A stretch of DNA of 64,000 bases from Eledone cirrhosa (GCA_964016885.1 OZ024761.1:5270001-5334000), one strand, 5' to 3'. Positions 12,749-25,419 are shown, counted from the stretch's first letter. Translations and numbers: made by a program. The notes: generated by a model from the letters alone, not told the origin.

Positions 12749-14800
12749 TGCATTCCACCGCAGATGCAGTAACCTCCAGCATGAGCTTCAAGAGATCCAG
12801 ACCAAGTGGTAGATCAACCTTGCTGAGAGAACTCAGTTGTGCACAGACACTGGAGACATTAGGGGCTTCTACAAAGCCTTAAAGGTGTTGTATGGCCCGA
12901 CATATCAGGTCCAAAGTCTTTTGTGCAGTGTAGATGGATAGGCCCTCCTCACAGACAGGGTGTTCATCTTAAACCGTTGGTCAGAACATTTCCAGGCCCT
13001 CTTCAGCGCTAACTGTCCAGAAATCAGCAATTCCCTGCATTCCCCAAAGCCATAGAGCAGCTAAAGAGTGGCAATCAGCAGGGGTTGATGGAATTCCACC
13101 TGAGGTTTGGAAGTATGGGAGCACAGCACTACATGCAAAACTACACAAGCTCTTCGTATGTTGCTGGGAGCAGGGCAATCTGCCACAAGATCTCCATGAT
13201 GCAGTCATCATCACCCTGTACAAGAACAAATGGGAAAAGTCAGACACCTCAAATTACCAAGGGATTATTCTGCTCACTGTCATGGGAAAAATCCTTACAA
13301 AAATGTTGCTGAACAGGCTGGTACCTACCATTGCAGAAAAACACCTCCCAGAGAACCAGTGTGGCTTCAGAGTCAACAGGAGCATCACAGACATGGTGTT
13401 TGATCTTAGGCAGCTTCAAGAAGAGTGCTGAGAGCAAAATAAAGGGCTGCATGAGGTGTTTGTTGACTTGACTAAGCTTTTGAAACAGTGAACAGAAAAG
13501 GAATCTGACTGATCATGAAATGACTCGGTTGTTCCCCAAAGTTCCTGAACATGGTCATCCAGCTAAATGAAGATCAGCATGGCCAAGTCAAACTCAATAG
13601 TGACTGCTCAGAGCCCTTCCTGATCATCAACGGAGTGAAGCAGGGTTATCTCCTGGCACCGACTCTCTTCACCATCTTCTTACGCATGATGCTCAAGTAG
13701 GCCACAGAAGATTTGATGATGAGGACGGAGTCTACCTCAGATACTGTCTTGATGGCAGACTATTAATCTTCGTTGACTACAGGCCCACACAAAGACCTTG
13801 GAGCAACTGATCCGAGACCTCCTCTTTGCTGATGATGCTGCTCTTGGTCCCACATAAAGAACCTTGCAACACATCACTTCCTACTCCACAGAAGCTGCCC
13901 AGCTCACTGGGCTGGAAGTAAGCTTAAAGAAGATGGAGGTACTCCACTAGCCTGCACCTCAGGAAGAGTACTGCCCTTCCCATATTCCCATTGGCGAGAC
14001 TGAACTGAAAACAGTTCAACAGTTCACCTACCTGGGGTACACCATCATATCAGATGCCAATATCGACAGGGAAATCAACAACAGACTGGCAAAGATCAAC
14101 AGTGTATTTGGTAGACTACAAACGTGTGGAACAATAAACACCTGCAAAAGGGTACCAAGATCAAAATGTAGAGAGAAATAGTCCTTACCACCCTCATATA
14201 GGGCTCAGTCACGGGTCACTTATTGCCACCACCTTCAACTCCTCAAGCACTTCCACCTGCGCTGCTTCTGCACCATCCTCAATATACACTGGAGAGACTT
14301 TGTCACCAATGGTGAAGTCCTTGAATGGGTGGAGGTCACCAGCATACTGCTGAAGTCCCAACTATGCTGGGCAGGGCACATCTCCAGGATGAAGGATCAT
14401 CGCCTGCCCAGGACTATTCTGCATGACAAACTCTCGACTGGCCATCACGACAGAGTGACACCAAGGAAGTGATACAAGGGCTGTTTGAAAAACTCCCTTG
14501 ATACCTGTCACATTGACCATCACTGGTGGTCCACCCTAGCTGAGATATGTGACACCTGACGTCTCACCATTGACCATCACCAACAGTGCACCCTAGCTGA
14601 GAACCGTGATGCCTCACCATTGACCATGCTGTCTCCTCCTTTGTAAAAACATGCGCAGCCACCCTTACTGACAGAAGGCACAGCGGAAGAACCTTAACTC
14701 CAACTCATTAAACCCTGACCAGACCTTCAACTAAAGCTTCTGTGGCCACGCCTGCCTCAGCCCCTCCATAATCTTTGTACACGAAGTCAAGCCATGATGA
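12700..14800 (+). mobile_element. 5'-truncated, decayed RTE-clade LINE (RT pseudogene)
   Basis: LPENQCGFR, GVKQGYLLAPTLF, LLFADDAAL, FTYLG and WAGHISRM motifs with many stops and frameshifts; short-repeat tail. Confidence 0.9.
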
Positions 14801-14811
14801 TATATATATAT

Positions 14812-15330
14812 ATCATCATCATCATCATCGTTTAACGTCCATTTCCCACACTAGCATGGGTTAGACGATTTATCCCGTTGTGAGACAAGTCATATCAGAT
14901 GACCGTGTCTTGGCTATACAGAACTGTTTCTGGCTTGGCTTCTACAGCTGGATGCTCTTCCTAACACCAACCACATTTACAGTGAGTGCTGGGTGCTTTT
15001 TGTCGTGACACCTACATAATCACTTTACAGCGTAGACTGGGCATTTTTGTCAACTCATCAAATCAACTATTTTACAGTGTAGGCTGGGCGCTTTTTGTTG
15101 TGTCACAACACAACCACTTATAGGTTGGACTAGGTGCTTTTGTTGTAGCTCTATCATAACCACTTTACAGGGTGGACTGGGCGTTTATTGTTGTGTCGCT
15201 GACATGACCACCCTAGAAGGTGGATAAGTGTTTTTTGTCATGACACCATTACAACCACCATACAAGGCCAACAGGGTGCTCTTTGTTGTGTCACCAGCAT
15301 GACCACTTTACAGGAAAGACTAACAGCTTT
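14812..15330 (-). mobile_element. SINE/retroposon 3' part with (ATG)n tail and degenerate internal repeats of about 48 bp
   Basis: Shares TTCTACAGCTGGATG..CTTCCTAACACCAACC with copies at 28681, 45668 and 55920. Confidence 0.7.
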
Positions 15331-15430
15331 TAGCCATTTCAGCAGCATTGTGGAAGAGTGTGTTCAGCTTTCCATACTTGTATATATATATTTATTTGCT
15401 TTTATTATGAAACTTTACTAGTTTACACAT

Positions 15431-15467
<37 letters not shown>

Positions 15468-15996
15468 GGAAAATGTTAGACCCCGACGGCAGAGCTCAAG
15501 CCATTTCGATAGCTATTTCTAGAAATAGCCGTCGAAACAGCTTCAGCTCTGCGGTCGGGGTCTAACATTTTCCTATTACCCACTCTACTACCCTAAGTAT
15601 TGAGTACTCTCGTGCGTTATGGTCCATCTGGTTCCTTACCACATCTCCTTTGTTATATATATATACAACACTAGAAAGATTGTCTTTGACAAAATAAAGA
15701 ATACCTTCTACCAATACTAACACCACCATAAACAACATCACCACCATCACAAACAACATAACCTCCATCACAAACAACCACACTACCACACCACCATCAC
15801 ACAGAACAACCTCACCATCACCACAAATATATATGTTAGACCATTTGATAGCAACTCAGCTGAAACTCCATCTTTTCTACAATTCAAAACATGTTTTTCA
15901 TAGTTTAAATATATCTAAAACCTTCCACTGTAATTCTATATAAAAACCGTTGTGAAGTTATGTTCCAAATCCAAGCTTAATAATTGTTTCTATATT

Positions 15997-16150
15997 TGGC
16001 TCCTGTGGGAGCCCCTGCATAGACACACTGGAAGAGGAAGACTGAGGTTAACATATGTTGATGCCCTAAGGACAGACACTGGTCTCTTGGAGACGCAGGA
16101 GATAGCAGCGATAATGAGGGACAGAGACCGCTGGAGAGAACTCATCTATG
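15997..16150 (+). mobile_element. RTE-like LINE 3' fragment (second copy at 18205-18440)
   Basis: LLWEPLHRHTGRGRLRLTYVDAL..DRDRW, a typical RTE C-terminus; near-identical copy at 18268-18438. Confidence 0.7.
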
Positions 16151-17060
16151 GATCTTGGGAATTTTACCCGCCATATATATATATATATATATGTGTAAAT
16201 ATGTGTGTATACACATGTGCGTATATATGTATGTATGTGAATGTAGGTTTGTATGTATATATGCGTGTGTATGAGCGTGTGTATATATATATATATTTAA
16301 ATGTATAGAAGGTTGGCCGTATGTGTGTGTGCGTGCATGTGTATGTATATATGTGTACGTTTGAATAGGACATGCTTACCCAATTGATACAGAACAGTCA
16401 GAAGGCTCGTGGTGGCATGTATCAACAAGTGTGTGTGACTGGGTCCATGGGAGAGAGGGAGAGAGGGTGTGTGAGTATATATAATGCGATGTATGTATGT
16501 GGCGGTGTGCGTGTCTGAGCATGGAGACGTACGAGTGTGAATGCATAGATAGGTATGTGTCTGAATGTGTGTGTGTGTTACTGTGTGTTTATTCTAGTAT
16601 GTGTGGGTGCTTACTCAGAAGTGTGAGCAGTCGTGTGAAGTACTGAACCCAGCATGACTCCATTGATATATGTCGGACGGAAAATGGTTGATGAACCAAT
16701 GGCAGCAGATACTGACCAGAACTTGTGATGACGTGGAGTAAAAACAACCAATGGCATGACAGGAGTGGAAAGAGGGTTTTTTGAGAGTGTTGTTTTGATG
16801 ATAACACCCCAGTGATAAAATTTGCTCCGGACATAACACCCGTGTCTGAAAGAACCCGCAGAAGTAGAATCAGCCAGATCCATTCAAGGACCATGACTCG
16901 AGCTACATGCCGGCGAAACAGTTGTAACATGAAATAAACTAAGTCCAGATGCATCACTGATTTTTCGTTTTCTTGATAATATCTACACTCTACTCTGATG
17001 AATATCGAGTGCTAATTTTGGCATACCGCCTACAGAAGCACCATAGCTACCACTATACTC

Positions 17061-17139
<79 letters not shown>

Positions 17140-17144
<5 letters not shown>

Positions 17145-17845
17145 GACGTAAAATAAGAAAATTATAAAAATTAACTTACTAAAATTTCACTCCAACTAAT
17201 TAGTTTCTTATTTTATGTCTTTCATATAATTGTTCTGCATCCCCTTGCATTGAACCACAAAGTTACTAAGACAAACCCTATATATTTGCTAGCATAGGTA
17301 TGCATCTGTATATATATGTTGGTAGATATACTAATTCTTTATAATTATCTCCAAATTATTTTGTTGAGCAAAAATTTGCCAAAACTGCTACTATAGTTCA
17401 TAGTAATGGCTCGGCTACTGTCTTTTTAACACCCCACTCCTCACTGATTAACCTGATTCTTTTGTATTTGCCACCGACCAAGTAGGGAGTGATTTTTTTC
17501 AATGTCTTGGAATTTAGTCCACGCTTGCTTTTTTCCATCCACTGAATTATTTTTGTATAAGTTCCCTGTGTCCACGCATCGCCTGGTAACTTAGCTGAGA
17601 ACAGACTTCCTGATGACGAAACGGCTTCTCCATGCTTTCCATTTAGAAACCATGTTTATTCCCTTTCAGAAACTAATTAGTTGGAGTGAAATTTTAGTAA
17701 GTAAGTTAATTTTTATAATTTTCTTATTTTATGTCTTTCATATAATTGTTCTGCATCCCCTTGCATTGAACCAGAAAGTTACTAAGACAAAACCTATATA
17801 TTTGCTAGCATAGGTATGCATCTGGTAGATATACTAATTCTTTAT
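17140..17845 (+). mobile_element. Penelope-like terminal-repeat remnant with direct and inverted partial duplications
   Basis: About 17203-17343 is duplicated at about 17720-17845; about 17150-17206 is the reverse complement of about 17668-17730; hammerhead core inside. Confidence 0.55.
17605..17687 (+). ncRNA. Degenerate type I hammerhead ribozyme motif
   Basis: Stem I ACTTC/GGAGT, CTGATGA at 17610-17616, GAAA at 17669-17672, palindromic stem III ACTAATTAGT, GUU triplet; stem II imperfect. Confidence 0.5.
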
Positions 17846-17850
17846 ATATA

Positions 17851-18185
17851 TGGAGGCACATGGCTTAGTGGTTAGAGCATTGGCCTTACAATCCAAAGGT
17901 TGTGAGTTCAATTCTCAGACCGGGCGATGTGTTGTTTCCTTGAGCAAGGCACTTTATTTCACATTGCTCCAGTTTACTCAGCTGTAGAAATGAGATGATA
18001 AGGACTGGGTCCCTATCATTCCACTGCAAAGTGGTCGTGGAGGTGCCACGGCAAAAAAGCACCCAGCACTCACTGTAAATGAGGTTGGTGTTAGGAAGGG
18101 CATCCAGCTGTAGAAATCAAGCCAGCATCAGTTCCCGTCCCACCCTTGCAAGCAGGGAAAAGTGGACGTAAAATGAAATGATGAT
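17851..18185 (+). mobile_element. Full-length tRNA-derived CORE-type SINE
   Basis: A box TGGCTTAGTGG, B box GAGTTCAATTC, CORE-like CCTTGAGCAAG.CACTTTA..CAGCTGTAGAAATG, (ATG)n tail. Confidence 0.85.
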
Positions 18186-18684
18186 ATATATATATATATA
18201 TAGCACAGAGGAGACTGAGGTTAGCTGGACATAGTCACTGACATCCAGAGTTGACACTGCACTCAGTGCTCCTGTGGGAGCCCCTGCATGGACACACTGG
18301 AAGAGGCAAGAACGAGGTTAACATGTTGATGCCCTAAGGACAGACACTGGTCCGTTGGAGACGCAGGACATGGTAGCGATAATGAGGGACAGAGACCGCT
18401 GGAGAGAACTCGTCCATAGATCTCGGGAATTTTACCCGCCCTACATAGATAGATAGATATTGGGCTCAAGGCCAGCAATTTGAAGGGGAGGGGAAAGTTA
18501 ATTAAATCGATCCTTAGTGGTACTTTATTTCATCAACCCTATCAGGTGGGATTTCAACACAGAACATAAAAGAATGTAATAACGAGAAGTTTAGTTGTAT
18601 TACAAAATCCCTTCAATTTCTTGATTATTTTCAAAATTATCTGAAAATCTGACAGTGTAGCGTGGAATCATAAAGAAAGATATT

Positions 18685-19310
18685 GAAATTTAAAGCTGTA
18701 CATAGTTATGGTGCGGCCACACTTAGAATTTGCATCACCAGTGTGGAACCGCTATCTTGCTCAGAACATTGACCACCTGGAAACTTTTCAGAGACGTGCA
18801 ACGAAGCGAATACCCTCCATCAGGCATCTACCATACTCTGAACGCCTTGCTTCCCTGGGCATGGATACATTGAAGCTCCGACGTCTGGCACATGACTTGG
18901 TAAACACCCACAAAATTATTAAGCATGTTGCCAACAACAACCCTGAGTACCTTTTTGATTTCCATGTGTCTAACACACGTGGGCATGCCCACAAAGTCAG
19001 AAAACAGCACAGTTCCCATGACTTTCAGAAACATTTTTTCACGCTCAGAGTTGCTGAAGCATGGAACAAACTACCTGCATCAGTTGTTAGGTGTCGAGAC
19101 ACTGCATCCTTTAAAACCTCCATGCTTCCTGGGATTCGCCAACACTACACCTAATGTTCCTCCCTCCATACACATACACACATGTATATCATGACTCATA
19201 CACTATTCACTTCCCTGACATTTGTATATTATTCTATGTACTATACATGCACCTTTGATGAGTTGTAGTGCACCTGAGCACTGTACACAATAATTTCATT
19301 ATTATTATTT
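18685..19310 (+). mobile_element. CR1/L2-group LINE 3' fragment
   Basis: VRPHLEFASPVW..FQRRATK..YSERL..LRR..TRGH..FFTLRVAEAWNKLP; (ATT)n tail. Confidence 0.85.
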
Positions 19311-19454
19311 AACTGAAGTGAAAACAAAACAGTGAGTGTGTTTTACTATATTTTGACAATATTAGGACAACATGATCCTCTCCAAACATCACATATACAG
19401 TCAGTGTCTTTTGTTAAAAATATGGTAATGAAAGGGCTAAAACTGATGTAAATA

Positions 19455-19675
19455 TATGTGTTAAAACAGGTATTAACAGAATGTGTTTAAAACAGATATG
19501 ACTGCGATGTCTGTTAAAACAGATATGACTGCAATATCTGTGTTAAAACAGATATGACTGCAATATCTGTGTTAAAACAGATATGACTGCAATATCTGTG
19601 TTAAAACAGATATGACTGCAATATCTGTGTTAAAACAGATATGACTGCAATATCTGTGTTAAAACAGATATGAAT
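19455..19675. repeat. 29-bp tandem repeat, about 7 copies, just downstream of the HEATR6 stop
   Basis: Unit TGTTAAAACAGATATGACTGCAATATCTG. Confidence 0.9.
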
Positions 19676-19947
19676 ATCAGTGTTACAAATAGTTTCACCT
19701 CAAGATGGGAACAGCAGGTAGAAAGTTCTTCAAAATATCCTTAATAACTGTCTTTGTAATTCCATTCTTTTAATATCTTCTCCATCGTGTCAGTTTTACA
19801 GTTTCCATAAAACAGCACTGAACCAGCAATATTTTCTGCCCTATTTTAGATACCTGATATCAATATTTCCACAGAATTACAGTTAAGTCAGTTTGACAGT
19901 TTTCATAAAAACAGCAAGTACCGATGAATGAAGGAACCACCAAATAT

Positions 19948-20003
19948 TCAATCGTAGATCTGTTTAAAGGAGGATTTTTCAACTCTGCCTGCATTGCCGC
20001 TTT
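19948..20003 (-). CDS. HEATR6: HEAT repeat-containing protein 6, probable terminal coding exon
   Basis: Strong acceptor ttttccccattttctctatttcAG. Phase 1 matches the previous exon. Encodes ESGNAGRVEKSSFKQIYD*. Confidence 0.65.
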
Positions 20004-20274
20004 CTGAAATAGAGAAAATGGGGAAAATGTTTCTGATACTACATACTTTTGGCATATATACATCAACATACATCAACAATTTTCTAGTATATACACACAT
20101 TCTACTCAACCTTTAATATTCTACACACATCTGTTATATACACACGTTCAACAGTTTTGGTATATAGATACATTCTATAATGACCGAAAGAATACAATCG
20201 CAAATACAAGCAGCCATAATGGGTTTCCTTCGAAGGGTTTTGAAGAAACATCATTTTCAAAAGAGTGTGTAGCT

Positions 20275-22095
20275 CAGAGATCAAAGAATTGCTCCAGGTA
20301 GAGCTGCTACTTCTCCAAATTGAGAGATCACAGCTCTGATACTATGGACATGTGGTTAGAATGTCTCCGGAAAGAATCACTGGCCAGTTTGTAGTTCAAA
20401 GATCAGAGAGTTGCTCCAGGTAGAGCTACTACTTCTCCAAATTGAGAAATCACAGCTCTGATACTATGGACATGTGGTTAGAATGTCTCCGGAAAGAATC
20501 ACTGGCCAGTTTGTAGTTCAAAGATCAGAGAGTTGCTCCAGGTAGAGCTGCTACTTCTCCAAATTGAGAGATCACAGCTCTGATACTATGGACATGTGGT
20601 TAGAATGTCTCAGGAAAGAATCACTGGCCAGTTTGTAGTTCAAAGATCAGAGAGTTGCTCCAGGTAGAGCTGCTACTTCTCCAAATTGAGAGATCACAGC
20701 TCTGATACTATGGACATGTGGTTAGAATGTCTCAGGAAAGAATCACTGGCCAGTTTGTAGTTCAAAGATCAGAGAGTTGCTCCAGGTAGAGCTGCTACTT
20801 CTCCAAATTGAGAAATCACAGCTCTGATACTATGGACATGTGGTTAGAATGTCTCAGGAAAGAATCACTGGCCAGTTTGTAGTTCAAAGATCAGAGAGTT
20901 GCTCCAGGTAGAGCTGCTACTTCTCCAAATTGAGAAATCACAGCTCTGATACACTGGACATGTGGTTAGAATGTCTCAGGAAAGAATCACTGGCCAGTTT
21001 GTAGTTCAAAGATCAGAGAGTTGCTCCAGGTAGAGCTGCTACTTCTCCAAATTGAGAGATCACAGCTCTGATACTATGGACATGTGGTTAGAATGTCTCA
21101 GGAAAGAATCACTGGCCAGTTTGTAGTTCAAAAATCAGAGAGTTGCTCCAGGTAGAGCTGCTACTTCTCCAAATTGAGAAATCACAGCTCTGATACTATG
21201 GACATGTGGTTAGAATGTCTCAGGAAAGAATCACTGGCCAGTTTGTAGTTCAAAGATCAGAGAGTTGCTCCAGATAGAGCTGCTACTTCTCCAAATTGAG
21301 AGATCACAGCTCTGATACTATGGACATGTGGTTAGAATGTCTCAGGAAAGAATCACTGGCCAGTTTGTAGTTCAAAGATCAGAGAGTTGCTCCAGGTAGA
21401 GCTGCTACTTCTCCAAATTGAGAGATCACAGCTCTGATACTATGGACATGTGGTTAGAATGTCTCCGGAAAGAGTCACTGGACAGATTTGTAGCTCAAAG
21501 ATCAGAGAGTTGCTCCAGGTAGAGCTGCTACTTCTCCAAATTGAGAGTTCACAGCTCTGATACTATGGACATGTGGTTAGAATGTCTCAGGAAAGAATCA
21601 CTGGCCAGTTTGTAGTTCAAAGATCAGAGAGTTGCTCCAGGTAGAGCTGCTACTTCTCCAAATTGAGAGATCACAGCTCTGATACTATGGACATGTGGTT
21701 AGAATGTCTCAGGAAAGAATCACTGGCCAGTTTGTAGTTCAAAAATCAGAGAGTTGCTCCAGGTAGAGCTGCTACTTCTCCAAATTGAGAGATCACAGCT
21801 CTGATACTATGGACATGTGGTTAGAATGTCTCAGGAAAGAATCACTGGCCAGTTTGTAGTTCAAAGATCAGAGAGTTGCTCCAGGTAGAGCTGCTACTTC
21901 TCCAAATTGAGAAATCACAGCTCTGATACTATGGACATGTGGTTAGAATGTCTCAGGAAAGAATCACTGGCCAGTTTGTAGTTCAAAGATCAGAGAGTTG
22001 CTCCAGGTAGAGCTACTACTTCTCCAAATTGAGAAATCACAGCTCTGATACTATGGACATGTGGTTAGAATGTCTCAGGAAAGAATCACTGGACA
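20275..22095. repeat. 122-bp tandem array, about 15 copies, LINE-derived
   Basis: GATCAGAGAGTTGCTCC at 20401, 20523 and onward; the last unit runs into LINE sequence. Confidence 0.95.
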
Positions 22096-22300
22096 GATTT
22101 TAAGGGCGAAAGCAACTGGCAGCAGACCCAGTGGTAGACACCGAGCAAGATGGTGGGATAACATTCATGAGTTCAGTTGGTCTCGTTTGGGGATCCAGCC
22201 AGATCAATTGGAGAGGGTTGCTTCTGACAGGGCCCACTGGATGGAGTGTTTGAGAACTCTGCCTCCACGACCCTCTCAAGAAGGTGAAGGAGAAGATGAT
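21985..22300 (+). mobile_element. RTE-like LINE 3' fragment
   Basis: LLLQIEKSQL*YYGHVVRMSQERITGQILRAKATGSRPSGRHRARWWD..DRAHW. Confidence 0.8.
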
Positions 22301-22451
22301 ACATTCTACATATTTTTTATACATACATATATATATATATATTTGCTAACATAGATTCACACTTATCTGGTATATACGTGTATTCTACCCACATTTAGAA
22401 TATATACACTTTATATACATCTGGTATATACCCACCTCTGGTACACACGTA

Positions 22452-22542
<91 letters not shown>

Positions 22543-22556
22543 ATATACATATATAC

Positions 22557-22587
<31 letters not shown>

Positions 22588-22674
22588 CATATATATATAC
22601 ATATATATATATATACATATATATTTATTTTTTTCAATTATTATTTTTTTCTCTCTATCTTCATACATAATTTC

Positions 22675-23295
22675 CCTTTGTTAATTTTCAAATTCCTTTA
22701 ATTTATACATTATCTTCCAACGGTTCCCAACCTCTCTATGTTAAAACAATATATCTTTTTCTCAGTTATAAAAACTATCTCTTTCTCTCTATCACCCATC
22801 TCTCCCTCTCCACCTTCACTCTCATCTCCTCCCCCCTTTTTTTTTTCATCCTTTCCACCCCCCCCCCTCTCCAAATAAAATATTTTTTCCTCGCACATAT
22901 CCTCCCTTCGTTAATTTTCAAAATTTTTAATTTATACATTATCTTCCAACGGTTTTCAACCTCTCTATGCAAAAAATATATCTCCTCTCAGTTATAAAAA
23001 CTATCTCTTTCTCTCTATCACCCATCTCTCCCTCTCATCTCCTTCCCTTTTCATCCTTTCCACCCCCCCCTCTCTAAATAAAATATTTTTCCCAATATCA
23101 CACATCAATCTAAAACCACTTTTCATATGTTGATTTAAAACTGCACTATCCACAAGTGTTTTTTAGCCTTCATATCATGTTCTCCTGTTTTATCTGATGA
23201 AAACACAAATATTATTGCATGATGATGTTTGTTTTTGAAATGCGCATAATAAAATACATGGAACTCCTTTAACCATCTTTTGATCTTATATTACA
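22675..23295 (+). mobile_element. Penelope-like terminal region with a direct duplication of about 230 bp
   Basis: 22675-22890 is repeated at 22905-23090; followed by a hammerhead motif and (TA)n. Confidence 0.45.
23186..23256 (+). ncRNA. Minimal type I hammerhead ribozyme motif (Penelope type)
   Basis: Stem I TGTTTTAT/ATAAAATA; CTGATGA at 23194-23200; stem II of about 15 bp at 23201-23236; GAAA at 23237-23240; palindromic ATGCGCAT stem III; AUA cleavage triplet ending at 23248. Confidence 0.7.
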
Positions 23296-23308
23296 TATAT
23301 ATATATAC

Positions 23309-23378
<70 letters not shown>

Positions 23379-23534
23379 GAAAAGATTCAGGACCCCGACA
23401 GCATAGCTGTCGAAATGGTTGGACCCTCAGCCATTGGGGTCCTGAATCTTTTCATATTACCCACTCTAGTACTCCGAATATCGTGTACTCTGGTGGGTTA
23501 TGGTCCACCTGGTATTTTACGACACCCCTTCTGG

Positions 23535-25276
23535 TATATATATACATACACACATACTCTACAGAGTTTATATATATACATACACACATACTCTACAGAG
23601 TTTATATATATACATACACACATGTTCTACAGAGTTTATATATATACATACACACATACTCTACAGAGTATATATATATACATACACACATACTCTACAG
23701 AGTATATATATATATACATACACACATACTCTACAGAGTATATATATATACATACACACATACTCTACAGAGTTTATATATATACATACACACATACTCT
23801 ACAGAGTATATATATATATACATACACACATACTCTACAGAGTTTATATATATATACATACACACATACTCTACAGAGTTTATATATATATACATACACA
23901 CATACTCTACAGAGTATATATATATATACATACACACATACTCTACAGAGTATATATATATACATACACACATACTCTACAGAGTATATATATATACATA
24001 CACACATACTCTACAGAGTATATATATATACATACACACATGCTCTACAGAGTATATATATATACATACACACATACTCTACAGAGTTTATATATATACA
24101 TACACACATACTCTACAGAGTATATATATATACATACACACATACTCTACAGAGTATATATACATACACACATACTCTACAGAGTTTATATATATACATA
24201 CACACATACTCTACAGAGTTTATATATATATATATACATACACACATACTCTACAGAGTATATATATATACATACACACATACTCTACAGAGTATATATA
24301 TATACATACACACATACTCTACAGAGTATATATATACATACACACATACTCTACAGGGTATATATATATATATACACACATACTCTACAGAGTATATATA
24401 TATACATACACACATACTCTACAGAGTTTATATATATACATACACACATACTCTACAGAGTTTATATATATACATACACACATACTCTACAGAGTATATA
24501 TATATACATACACACATACTCTACAGAGTATATATATATATACATACACACATACTCTACAGAGTTTATATATATATATATACATACACACATACTCTAC
24601 AGAGTTTATATATATACATACACACATACTCTACAGAGTATATATATATATACATACACACATACTCTACAGAGTTTATATATATATATATACATACACA
24701 CATACTCTACAGAGTTTATATATATACATACACACATACTCTACAGAGTATATATATATACATACACACATACTCTACAGAGTTTATATATATATATACA
24801 TACACACATACTCTACAGAGTTTATATATATACATACACACATACTCTACAGAGTATATATATATACATACACACATACTCTACAGAGTATATATATATA
24901 TACATACACACATACTCTACAGAGTATATATATATATACATACACACATACTCTACAGAGTATATATATATATACATACACACATACTCTACAGAGTATA
25001 TATATATATACATACACACATACTCTACAGAGTTTATATATATACATACACACATACTCTACAGAGTTTATATATATATACATACACACATACTCTACAG
25101 AGTTTATATATATACATACACACATACTCTACAGAGTATATATATATACATACACACATACTCTACAGAGTATATATATATACATACACACATACTCTAC
25201 AGAGTATATATATATATACATACACACATACTCTACAGAGTATATATATATACATACACACATACTCTACAGAGTT
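23535..25276. repeat. 34-40 bp minisatellite, about 50 copies, with a variable (TA)n inside each unit
   Basis: Unit (TA)nCATACACACATACTCTACAGAGT; explains the three ORFs of about 600 aa. Confidence 0.95.
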
Positions 25277-25302
25277 TGAGATGATTCGAACATGATAAAT
25301 AC

Positions 25303-25419
25303 CTGAAGACTCCACAAGTAAGACAGCCAGGAATGAGTCAAGAGCTTCCTGAGCAGCAGAACTTAACTCATTATGCTCCATATTCTCTAAATGGTGGATT
25401 ACTTTCTTTATTTGAGGAG
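25303..25419 (-). CDS. HEATR6: HEATR6 exon (phase 1/1)
   Basis: ccctgtttcAG / GTATTT. Encodes [39 protein letters not shown], resembling the vertebrate C-terminal ..ALKHM..FLEEILAVCFDSS. Confidence 0.8.

Noticed and set aside
16985-17030. CTGATGA followed by a small hairpin, possible third hammerhead
   Set aside because: GAAA core is replaced by GAG and no stem I pairing is available
17851-17925. tRNA-like sequences with A and B boxes (also 28134, 36141, 54741, 63375)
   Set aside because: They are SINE heads that continue into shared SINE bodies and tails; no complete cloverleaf
23535-25276. Sense-strand CTCTGTAG-A-GTATGT in each unit as recursive splice sites
   Set aside because: AG and GT are separated by one base rather than forming AG|GT, there is no real pyrimidine tract, and GTATGT is expected by chance in TA/TG repeats
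23280-25295. ORFs of 594-671 aa in all three + frames
   Set aside because: Translation of a TA/CA-rich minisatellite that lacks stops on one strand; intronic and antisense to HEATR6
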